A stretch of 64,000 nucleotides of DNA, taken from Octopus sinensis. Taxonomy: Eukaryota. A program made the translations under genes and the position numbers. This document shows positions 25,380-37,039 of this stretch, in pieces (within the stretch, counting starts at the first letter, position 1; each line of letters opens with the position of its first letter). The notes beneath the pieces were generated by a model. That model made no database searches. It was not told where the DNA came from and saw nothing but the letters and a program-made list of their open reading frames with translations. The stretch is from positions 54,746,001 to 54,810,000 of the forward strand of contig NC_043007.1 in the NCBI RefSeq assembly GCF_006345805.1, read 5' to 3'.

Positions 25380-25900
25380 AATATAGAGTGTTAGATTGTT
25401 TTGGTGAACATCTGTTTTCAAACTGATGACTCTTCTGCTTCAGGCACTGCTGAACACAAAGCAATGGAATTGCAAACATCAAGAAACATTTCATTCTGTA
25501 TTTGTGCACACTCTTGTTCAAAGGTTGCCCCCAATTCGTTGACTGTTGCCAGTTTTGTACCATAATCTTCATCTTTTAATCATCCCCTTAAAAAAAGAGA
25601 GTTTAGCAGTGTCATGTTTGGTGAACACAAATGGTTTTCTACTGAATCTCATCCATTCAATCTACTTGGCAAAATTTCGTAACAGTGCCCCATCCTGGTA
25701 GAAATAAAACATCACATCTGCAAAGTCCTCTTGAATGCTTGGCATAACAAATTATTGCAGCAAGTTCCAAGTAAATAGGACTGGTAACAATATTGTCAAA
25801 AAAGAATGATCTAATTCATCCTTTTGATGATAAGAGCCATCATAATATGATGTTCCTCCGTAATATGCATATTCTCAGGTCCCCAGTAGGTGCAGTTACC
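25380..25900 (-). mobile_element. Tc1/mariner transposase C-terminal remnant
   Basis: Degraded QDGA and SPD.T.L.FF..G..KD.. motifs on the minus strand. Confidence 0.4.
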
Positions 25901-27003
25901 AGGCAAGCTATCTATACATAGCCATGGTCTGTCAAAGAAAAGTTGCCAAAGATAAGATCATTAATGACATTTCAATATGTTGTTTATCATAACTGAAATT
26001 CTAATGAGTTAAGCATCTACTGGTTCTATTGTTCTTTTTTTTTGCTGGTCAATGAGATACTGATAAAAACTAGTTCTTAATGTTTCTACACGACATCTGA
26101 ATGGCTAATTGCTTGCTGACATCATCAATCCTTGATGGAATCCTGTTTGTTGGTTAGAGTTAATTTCACATCTGGACACAGTGATTTCAGTTTCAATGGA
26201 TGGAGTTTATAAATATTCTAATGCATCGTTATGTACGTTTTCACAAATCATGTTTCATGAAAATGTTGTATGAACTGTAAATAAGCAATAAATATTATGA
26301 TTTGTAAAATAAGTATAAGTGATACACGGTGTCCCAACTAAATGTGGTGTGGAAGTTTGGTTTCATATTTTAAGAATTCTAAGCATTCATAGTATGAGTA
26401 TGAGTTCATTGTATTGGAATCAAGAATTTATGTACTGTCATCAAAAGAATTTAACTGGAAAAATGCAGAATTATTGGAGTTATGGGCAATGAAACTGTAC
26501 ATGCATTAAGAAAGTGCAATAATAAGGTTTAGCAGTTGAAAATGGAGTAGTGAAATGCAGAATTTGGTCTGCTGATCGTGAGAATCAAATATTGATTCCT
26601 TTGCTAAAAATTAACAACTGTAAGTGCAGGTACTGTGGGTTATTCCCCTTGAGTGTTTTAAAATATATTGAGCAGGTCCTGTGGGTTATTTCCTTTGGGT
26701 GTTTAAAAAAAATTAGTTATATGAGGTAGATATAAAGATCCCTTCCAGGGGCTATATTATCAATTTACTCAACAATCTAAATATGTCACAAGATTTCCAG
26801 ACATGAGTTCTACTCACATGTCAAGTTTCATGGAGATCAATAAAACGATGCAGGAGGAGTTAGCTAAGAACGCCACAAACACGCACCGATTTTTCACATA
26901 TGTAGTAGATATATAATATATGTATGTGTGTGTGTATATATATGTGTATCTATATATATATATATGTGTGTGTGTATATATATATATATGAGTACATATA
27001 TAT

Positions 27004-27148
27004 ATCATCATCATCATCGTTTAACGTCCGTTCTCCATGCTAGCATGGGTTGGACGGTTCGACCGGGGATCTGGGAAGCCAGAAGGCTGCACCAGGCTCC
27101 AGTCTTATCTGGCAATGTTTCTACAGCTGGATGCCCTTCCTAACGCCA
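27004..27148 (-). repeat. RTE-LINE 3' tail repeat in (TA)n/(CA)n
   Basis: catcatcatcgtttaacgtccgttctccatgctagcatgggttggacgg...ctggatgcccttcctaacgcc. Confidence 0.85.
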
Positions 27149-28039
27149 AATTTCTGTTCCTAACACTAGCTTAATAACAACTAAGTTATTTTACTAAATT
27201 CTTTGTTATATTTAAAATTAATTGAAAGAAATACAGAGCATCTCAAAATAAATACGTTAATGAAAGGGTTAAACTTGTTTCACAGACTCGTCCCTCTTAT
27301 GATGCTCTCCAGTATCCTCTTATTCTGTGAAATGCACAAGATGGGTATCGTTTCAATATTTCATAGATTGAACCTGCAACAGAAGAGCCAATTACAAACA
27401 AAAAGCTGTCGTCAAATGACTTCTATTCTTACCAACAATCAAATCAATTACACATGTCAAATGAACTTTATTTTCATTTACATATTTTCCTCATTATCTC
27501 AACAACCAGCTATAGTTATTTGAAATACACTGCTCTACAACAACCAGGTTTCATTAGAAAGTGTAAATAGTTTCACACTTTCAATTTGAACCAAAAGAGG
27601 ACAAGTTGCAAATTAAGAAATTGCGGTGGGTTTGGGGGGAAATTTAAATTTTGAAAACATGATTTCTGGACAAAACCGTATTAACCTCTTTTTATATGAT
27701 GAAACAATATATAGTTTTTGATCCTTCTTAAGAACAGAAAGCACTTTCATGAAAACCCGTGCAAATTGTACCCTCCCCCCTTCACTTTTAAACAAACAAT
27801 AACTTCCAGTAATCCAGTTCACTATATATATCAGCACTGTGCTGATTCTGCCCATAAGAAAAGAACAAATAATACAATGTGACTGTAGATCATAACACCC
27901 TGACAACGCTGGGATTCATTATTTGTGTGTGTGTATGTGTATATATATATATATATATATATGACCCAGCAAGACCAGTGAGAACAGTCAAAATCAAAAT
28001 CAAACCAAATCAAATCAGATATCAGAAAGCAGAACCAAA

Positions 28040-28556
28040 ATTGAGGTCAATCAACATCAGTGGAAATTGCAGCTCTGATTAAGCGAACCATCCGATCATG
28101 GCCGTTGCCGGCGCCGACCCGTCTGGCCTCTGTGCCGGTGGCACGTAAAAAGCACCATCCGTTCGTGTCCATTGCCAGCCTCGCCTGCCCCCGTGCTGGT
28201 GGCACGTAAAAGCACCATCCGTTCGTGTCCGTTGCCAGCCCCGCCTGGCCCCCGTGCCGGTGGCACGTAAAAGCACCATCCATTCGTGTCCGTTGCCAGC
28301 CTTGCCTGGCCCCTGTGCCGGTGGAACGTAAAAGCACCATCCGTTCGTGGCCGTTTGCCAGCTCTGGCACCTGTGCGGGTGGCACATAAAAAGCATCCAC
28401 TACACTCACGGAGTGGTTGGCGTTAGGAAGGGCATCCAGCCGTAGAAACACTGCCAGATCAGACTGGGCCTGATGCGGCCTTCCGGCTTCACAGACCCCA
28501 GTTGAACCGTTCAACCCATGCTCGCATGGAAAGCGGACGCTAAATGATGATGATGA
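28040..28556 (+). repeat. RTE-LINE 3' UTR copy with five ~60-bp tandem stem-loop units and (GAT)n tail
   Basis: Unit accatccgttcgtgtccgttgccagcc..gcctggcccccgtgccggtggcacgtaaaagc at 28088-28395, followed by the common tail. Confidence 0.85.
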
Positions 28557-28616
28557 TATATATATATTCTTTTATGTTTCAGCCTTGAGGCTGCACCCAT
28601 GCTGGAGCACCGACAT

Positions 28617-28654
<38 letters not shown>

Positions 28655-28779
28655 TGTGACCGACCAGGATATCAGATGTTGCTACACATCGCTGGTCGCA
28701 ATGCAAAGCGCATTGTTTTAGCCTTCAAATGATGCCACTCTGCTGGCTAAGTGAGCAGGCCAACAGAAGAAAGAGTGAG

Positions 28780-28945
28780 AGAAATTTGCGGTGAAAGAGT
28801 ACAGCATGGATCGCCACCACCCCCTGCTGGAGCCTTGTGGTGCTTTAGGTGTTTTCGCTCAATAAACACAACGCCCTGCCTGGGGATCAAAACCGCAATC
28901 CTACGACCACGAGTCCGCTGCCCTAACTGCTGTGCCATTGTGCCT
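28780..28945 (-). mobile_element. tRNA-derived SINE, same family as 11225-11456
   Basis: Shares aggtgttttcgctcaataaacac and gagtccgctgccctaac. A matching tail lies at about 28570-28612. Confidence 0.75.
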
Positions 28946-28999
28946 CCATATATATATAGGTGAGAAAGTTGGTGTGTGAAAGCATGTGGTTGGATGTAT

Positions 29000-29304
29000 A
29001 AAAAATAAAAAAGAGTGAAAAAACTACAGAAGGCTTGTGTTATAAGGTTACAGAATATATTTAAGTTGTTATGTTAGAAAAATGTTAGAAAATTTTTTGT
29101 GTATAGTAACATAGTTTTTGGAGAAATCATTGACATGATGTAGATAAACAAATTTGAGAAATTTGAAAAGAAAATACGAAACCGGTTATTTCTCCAAAAA
29201 CTATGTTACTATACACAAACATTTTCTAACATTTTTCTAACTTAGATATATTCTTTAACCTTATAATACAAGCCTTCTGTAGTTTTTTCACCCTTTTTTA
29301 TTTT
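29000..29304. mobile_element. MITE-like foldback (about 125-bp imperfect inverted arms, 60-bp spacer)
   Basis: 29000-29127 versus 29188-29304, e.g. gtatagtaacatagtttttggagaaat / atttctccaaaaactatgttactatac. Confidence 0.75.
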
Positions 29305-31249
29305 ATCTCTATATATATTTGTAAAAATGAATAGAAATGGCTTTTCTGATAATTTTTCCACTTTAATAATTTGATGTTTCTAAGTTTACAAAAGGCGATT
29401 CTCTCACTTAAAGGTAGGTGTAAATGTACATCAGCGAAAAGAAAAAAGTAGAGAAAAATGGGAGATTATATAAAACAAGTAAGGGAAAGTTGGAAAGTAG
29501 AGAATATGAAGAGACCACAAATGAAATAAATGAAATATATAAAGGTATACTAAAAGATTATGATTATAAATACTTAAGGGAAATCAAAGTAGAGAAGATG
29601 TAGGAAGATTAGCAAGGGAGATATCAGGCTGAGACACTAGCAGTTGTACGGTAAGAATGTGTTATGTAATTTGTGTTTACAGTTAATTATAAGGTTGCTT
29701 CGTTTGTTTATCTATTATGATATCTTTCATGTATGTGTACTGCAATGTAGACCAATGGTCTGCAGTACCAGCACCACCAGTTATCCACTAGGAGATCAAC
29801 ACTAAGCAGTCAGCCAGTCTTTAACTTCACCCTTCTCAGTTAAGTATTTATAACTACTATGTTTTCCCCCTAAAGACAGCGACACTCCACTCCTATCTCT
29901 TTCCTCTTTCTTCCTCCCTCTCTCTTTTACTTCATTCCTATCAACTCTATACAACTCCCACATATCTGACCCCATCCTTTCCTTTCGTAGCACTTGATCT
30001 TTTTTTTTTATATTTATTTAATTTATTTTTTTATTCTGTACTTCCAGGTTCACTATTCATTTCACTTCACATCTGTAGTGATTTAACTTGGAAATTCCAA
30101 GAGACAATGTAATCTTCATTTCATTAAGATAATCTCAGCCTGATGATTAGCTAAGTTGAGCATCCCTCATTGAGTAACTATTACATCAGAGGATCAGCTA
30201 GTTAAGAAACATATGTAGCCTGAATTTTACCCATTCCATTCTCTCAGTTTGGATTTTTATTTGCACTAGTAGCAATTCTAGTTGCTATAATGCTATAAAG
30301 AAACGCAACTTATTAAATTTCCTCATATCTTCAATATGGGGAAAAGTGTTTTACCTTGAATGCCAATAATCTGCCATGGACTGCTTGAAGCTTCAAACTT
30401 CCTGCTTTTGGTTCCTTAGATCTTACTCTTGTGTATCTGTGCTCCACAACTGGTATGCCATAACACACTGGTATTACATGAGACGATGCTAGGTGTCCCT
30501 CAGTGTAACCTCAATATAATTTTTTTCCCTATACTTTTAGTTATATTTTTAGTTCAGGTGTGCTGCCAAATTTTGAAAAAAATGTAACCACAAATGAAAA
30601 ATCGTTGCAGAGCACTGTTATATATTGTTACACACACACACAGACACATCAATATAATTTTAAAGGATACATGTCTGGTAACACATGTTTTTATTGACTG
30701 CTTTTATACTGAGCTGGAGAGATGTTCATGACTGGACTACAGTTTGTGCGTTCTTTTTTTGTATGCATTTAAGATGCGGTGCATTTCTTTCATTTTGTTT
30801 GCATCAAAAGGGTGACGATAATGTAAATGTGATGGGCTTAATTTTTCATTACACATAAATGTAGAGAGAATAATGCTATTTATGAAGATACTGTGTTTAG
30901 TAATGAATACAGTATTAAAAATGCTTATTTCATTGTTTTGAACAATGGTAAATCTAATTAGTATTTGATTAGTACATCTAATTAATGTAATTTAGTATTT
31001 TTCTTTTCATCATACATTGCTATTAAATATCAGTAAATTTATAGAATGAATCTGACATACAGAATTGTTTAACCATGTTTCACAATAAATGTACGATGCT
31101 TGGGGAGAGAGTGGGGATGCTTAGCAGTGACTAATTTGTGACAGGTTTAATAAAACATATCAGCACAACTAGCCTTAAAATCTTTTAAATATTTTGAAAA
31201 GCATCAAAAACAATTTCAGATGAATGAGTCAGCTCTGATCAAGCAAACA

Positions 31250-31360
31250 CAGCATTGCATCATTTTTCTGGAACTACATCATTTGAAGATATGAGAACTG
31301 TCAATGGTGTAGTTTATCACACTTACTAAGATGCTGCAATAAAACTGGGCTCAGCACATG
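31250..31360 (+). mobile_element. Helitron RepHel remnant
   Basis: GTTSFEDMRTVNGVVYHTY*DAAIKLG resembles the Helitron G.TSFEDLRTV.G...TF..A...LG motif. Confidence 0.55.
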
Positions 31361-32576
31361 ATGATCATGAAAACTTTTCTACTCTGACAAGTTATTTACA
31401 GCCTTTGAATGACAACTTTCAGAAGATCAAATGATTGCTTTAGTGGTAGAAGATATCAATGATAGTATACAACATACATTATATAAAACTGAACTTATTT
31501 TAAGAGAAAAAGTTCAGCATTAAACAATTTCATCCCCCATAAGTACACTAAACAAATACTTAGAACATCAGTACAGGCAACCCATTCATCTACAAGATTT
31601 TTAAAATGTTTTCACTGATTGAACACAAAGAACAAACAATGCAGAGCCATCATAGCCATTATGAAGACACCAGACTTTCAGAGCATAATTTGTAGGATTT
31701 TCCAATGCAACAAATGTACCTGAAAGGACTCACTAAAATGTCAGGAATAACCTGGGGATTATACAATAATCTAAGAAAACCTATGTTGCAGTAACGATAT
31801 ACATGAAAAATATATTCAGTAATAATTCCAGTATACTTTAATAATGCACATAGTATTCCTTTCAATAGCAGCCAAATTTCCCTACTCTACAGACACCATC
31901 CTTCATTGAACACTGTTCCCTCCTGCATGCAATGTGTATATTTATGCATATACACTATAGGAATATGTGATACAATGATGTAAAATCAATGCAAAATATG
32001 CTATCTTAAAGCTAGCATGTTTGCACAAGTATGTATGTGTGTATATACAGTCTACCCCTGCTCTTATGCCACCTTGATATTTTGCCAACCCCACTTACTG
32101 CCATAAAATTATTCAGACCTGATTTCCACCATTGTTGTTAACTAACGTTTAATTCCCCCCGATTTTATGCCCCTCAATGTCCACCATCTACCAACGCAGT
32201 TTGCGACACAAATGTTCCTTAATAGCATAAAACTCCGCCAAATCACAACAAATTTACCACTAAAACAATTTTGTCATACTTGAATAGCATTTATAAAGAT
32301 GTATGCATGATAGAAATGTAGAGGGCACAAACTTTCAAGTTAAGCATGCTAACAGACAATAGCAAGACTGGGAAAGTAGAGCATTTAATTGATTTAGCAT
32401 CTGCTAATGACAATAAGTTGATATTCTCTGCTCATAAAATTGGGTCATAATTTATTGATGAACAAGTTTATAAAAGAGATTATTTTCTTTACAGTATCAT
32501 TTTTCAACATGAATGCTATTTCATATAAATGCAAATGTTGTACTATTACAGTATCACAGAAACAAGAAGTTATTAA

Positions 32577-33276
32577 ATACTAGCATTAAAGACTCGTCGT
32601 TGCCGGGTCATAGTGCTAGTGCATATATCTTGATATCGCTAGTGATAACAATACTCAAAATATATAACAGACTGATTAGATATCTTTCATAGTCGCACCA
32701 AGACACTTTTCGAAGGTGCTTTCCTCCATGTGTTCAAATCTTCTTTTTTCTCTACATTGTATATTTTATAGACAATAGTCTTTTCTTTAATTTAATTTTT
32801 TATTATCCATCTGGACTATTCCAGTTCTGCATGCTAATTTTATTTTTAATTTATTCCCATTCATGTGAAACCACTTATTCAAGTTCAAGTCATTGATGTA
32901 ATTTTATACCAATTGCTATTTTTACTTTTGTTATGTTACGATTATATTATACTTTAGTTTGATTTTAAATATTACTTACTACATATAATTCAATTGTTGT
33001 TATTATTTTTATTGTTAAAGTGAAAGTATCTGACATAAAATGGAGAAATATTTTTGTTTCACTTTTAACACGTAATACTGAAATAGTGGAGAAGATATGA
33101 TATTGCTATGGGCTCGCTCTAGGCAAGAAGTTGAACATTTTTTTTTTGCCCATGAAACTACATGGACCCTAAGTAAGGCATGTGTAAAATTTGAATGAAA
33201 TTGGTTGTGTAGTTCTCAAGTTTTAGGGAAACACACAGACAGACAGACACACATTCTCAGTTTTATATATAAAGAT
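32577..33276 (-). mobile_element. Helitron-like non-autonomous element
   Basis: Minus strand a|TCtttatatataaaactgagaatgtgtgtctgtctgtc ... acccggcaacgacgagt..atgCTAG|t: TC start, subterminal hairpin, CTAG end, A|T target. Confidence 0.6.
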
Positions 33277-33329
33277 TATGAAGTTCATCCAAAAGCTAGT
33301 CAACAAAGTATTGCAGATTATTTCAGTAA

Positions 33330-33795
33330 TGCATAGCGAGAAAATATCAAACGAAGAACTATAGGTGACATTATTCAGCAGAAAGATAAGTGGAAAGCTA
33401 TTGAAGATCCAGAGGCAAAAATGTCAAAAAACTGCCAAACACACAGATTTAGAAGAAGCTCTTTTTCTATGGTTTGCTGGTAGTCGTACTAACAACGGTG
33501 TTATAACAGATGAAATTTTGAGAAACAATGCAAAGAAACTTGGTCCAGAATTGAATATAAAAGATTTCACTTATTCCGATGGTTGGCTTCATTGATTTAA
33601 GCAGAGATACTCAATTAAATATCACATTCTTCCTGGTGAAAGTGCTGGTACAGATCAACAACTCATTACTGCTGGTTTTTAGCATGCTAAAGAGAAAATA
33701 AAGAAATTTGAACCAAGAAATATTTTTAATATCAATGAAACAAGTTTATTTTTTCGCCAATTACCTAATAAATCGCTTACAACAAAAGATTTTAC
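33330..33795 (+). mobile_element. Tigger transposase remnant
   Basis: DLEEALFLWF...ITDEILR..AKK....FTYSDGWL..FK.RY.I...GES, IFNINETSLFFRQLP. Confidence 0.8.
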
Positions 33796-34859
33796 CAAAG
33801 GGTTAGGGTTAGGGTGGGGGAGGGTATCTTTTTTTCTTCAGAAATGTAAATAAACCCAATCTGTTTCTTAAACGAGGAACATTTTCATACGGCACAGAAT
33901 GTTTTCACCTCAATTGACATCATTGATTGGTTGAAATTGCAGAAATTGAAGAAAAAAAAAACAACAAATATCTTACAAACTATAGAATTTTCTCAATAAA
34001 GCCAAGAGAAAAAGATGTTTTATAAACAAATTCTACCAGTATACGAAGTTTAAAAGTGTTTAGTTATGCGGAAATTATTTTTAAAAACTGCTGTTCAAAC
34101 CGAAAAGATCCAATATTTCAACTAAAATCTAAAAGATAATCACATTACATTATAATTGATGTCATAACAGGGGCATAACTAGCAGAGAGGAGAGGGGGAG
34201 AGCAATATCTTCTATTTTCTTCTCCTCTCAAATTCCAAAATTTATCCTTTTCTTTTTTTTTTTTGAAGTTTTTATGTGAAAATTTTGTTTACACATCAAA
34301 AATCTGGTTTTTCCCATTCCCCACTTCCCAAAAGTTAGCTACGCCACTGTGTTATAATAAAATTTACTATATGATTGGCTTTATATCTACTGCAGAAAGC
34401 CTCCCTCAATTTACTGCCACTCCTGTTAAACTGCCAATTTGTCATGGTCCCACTGGTGGCAGTATAACGAGGGTGGACTGTATATATATATATATATAAT
34501 AAGGATTATTATTATTATTAACAACAACAACAACAATAATAATAATAATAAGGATTATTACAAGATATCATTACCATTATCTTTAACTCCTTTTCATATA
34601 TCATGTGATCACATAGACCTATTCATGAGTAGATAGAATTTGTTGATGCAGATTTTTCTATGGCTAGATACCTTTTCTGTCACCAACCCTCATCTGTTTC
34701 CAGGTAAGGTAAAATGTCTCCATAGCCAGAAAGGCTGGAAATGAACAACATTTGTATGTTGGTGATGCTCATTTACAACCAACATGTGATGTGAAGACAA
34801 AGGTACACACACACATGCACATATATATATACACACACACACACACATTTATCATGAGC

Positions 34860-35000
34860 TTCATTGATTTTCTATCTGCAAAATATATTCACCAGTCTTT
34901 GGTCGACTTGGGGCTATAGTAAAAGACATTTGCCCAGTGTTGCACAGTAGAACTGAACCCAAAACTACATGGTTGGGAATTGAGCTCCTTAACCACTAAC
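34860..35000 (-). mobile_element. CORE-like tRNA SINE remnant
   Basis: Minus strand gtggttaaggag...gggttcagt...gggcaaatgtcttttactatagcc. A related copy lies at 44190-44310 (+). Confidence 0.55.
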
Positions 35001-35570
35001 CCACAGTTGTGCCTACACACATTTACATACTTAACTCTCTCCTCTTTCCCTCTGTTCTTTCTGCTCTCTCCTTCCTCTCTCTGCTTTCCCACCTCTTCTC
35101 TCTCCCTCTATCTTCTCTCAAGTATGTACACACACACATTGTTCTCAATACTTATGACTGCTTAATGATCAGTTATGTGAAACTCAGTAACAGCTTGTGA
35201 AGTCTTTTTAGCAACAGTAAAATATTATTTTATTCCCTCTTTGGTATTTGAGTACTATTTTCTCCTTGTTTTTCACAAATGTACTTACATGTGTGTATGT
35301 ATATCTATATATACATATATATATGTGTGTGAGTGTGTGATTGAGAGAGAGAGATGAAACTTTGGGAGGGATTTAGTAAAATAACTTCCCTAATATTTAT
35401 CTAGTATTTGAACATGTGAGTCTTAATATTAAAGTATAGTGAAGGTCTTTTCTTTTAATATGGTAACCTTGTATTATAGAACAAGAAGCAGTTTCAACAT
35501 GTGGGTATGGAAAGAGTTTTAAAAAATGTTAATTTAAATATGACTACAATGATCATCTCTTCTTTTGCAG

Positions 35571-35840
35571 CATATTATTTCTCGACTTGAAAGTTTAAAA
35601 AGTTGGACAATAACAGAGGATAAATTTGTGCAACAAACTCCAAATGGAAAAGTAAAATTTTCAGACATCATTGCTACCTTAGATCCAAAGGCACACAAGC
35701 AAGTCGTCCTGGCTTGCCATTATGACTCTAAGAAATTTTATGACTTTGAATTCATTGGCGCCACTGATTCAGCTGTTCCTTGTGCATTACTCCTGGCTTT
35801 AGTTAGGGAATTACAGTGTCTCTTCAAATATAGACAGAAG
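35571..35840 (+). CDS. QPCT: QPCT-family exon with LACHYDSK and GATDSAVPC motifs
   Basis: ttttgcag acceptor, 270 nt, gtaagt donor. Encodes HIISRLESLKSW...VVLACHYDSKKFYDFEFIGATDSAVPCALLL...YRQK. Contains the Zn-ligand Asp and the conserved Cys pair of glutaminyl cyclases (M28 fold). Confidence 0.96.
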
Positions 35841-37039
35841 GTAAGTCAGTAAATTCTTACATTTTATTGCTTTTTCCTTTCTTTCATTTTTTTTTCTAAT
35901 TACTTTTCTTTTTGTTGTATCTTTTTATATTTTTATCTTACTGACTTCTCTCTGTCCTGCCTAACTGCCATATGTATTCATAAAAGGCCTAATTTTGAAG
36001 AATGAAATCTCAGAAGAAAATAGCTCATGAAAAAGTTCACACATTCTAAACAGAACAAAATAAATTCAAAAGAGACCTGTATAAGCTGTAAACTTTGGTG
36101 CTAACATAAAAATGACACTGAAGGAGAGCATATTTAAATTTAACAATCAGTTATATAATCAAGAGGAGGGTGAAACCATTGGTGTCTGCATTGTTGGAAA
36201 TGTAGCTAACCTGTTCATGGTATTGTGAAATAAACAATCAAACAGTGCCTAATGGAGAAATCTGTTTCTCAAGTAATGCATTCTTGTCATGTTGATGGCA
36301 TAAGCATTGTGATTAAAATCACTGCACAAGGTAGTACCCATTTAAGGAAACACCTTGCACTTGACAACAACTGCAGAGTGTATACAACCAAAGAAACATT
36401 GTGTCCTATATGAAATGTATGGAAGGACAACTTGTATATGCAAAATGGCCTTCAGTTTATATGAAAAGGTTGCAGAACACTGGTGAGAATACAATGAAAT
36501 ATGAAATGAGAAAGAAATAATTAAACACTCAATAATAGTTATTGTTATCAATAACAGTAACACAATAGCTTGATAAAAAATGCTGAAGTAAAAATTCATT
36601 TCCAAATATCCAAAAGACCCAACTAAGACAGATTACAGAGGCTGTACAAATACAAGAAGCAGATTCCGCACACTAAATAATACAAACAATGGATGGTGTA
36701 ATGAATACCCTAATCACAACTCAACATCACTAATACAAGAGTAAGGGAACAATAAAACTAAGGTCAACCTCCCACTGTACATGTTCTTATTTTGGTTATA
36801 ACAAACAGATGGAAATAAATAAACTGTTGTGGAAGGATTCCAACCACCCACCAAGTGACTAAAAGTGGACTGATTCATTCATCATCATCACCATCATTTA
36901 ACGTCTGCTTTCCATACTAGCATGGGTTGGATGGTTTGACTGAGGACTGGCAAACCAGTAGGCTGATATGGTGAGCCTTCTACAGCTTCTAATGCCAACC
37001 ACTCCGAGAGTGTAGTGGGTGCTTTTTACATGCCACTGG

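Noticed and set aside
28088-28395. CRISPR-like array of palindromic repeats
   Set aside because: The units are similar along their whole length (no spacers) and belong to a LINE 3' UTR.
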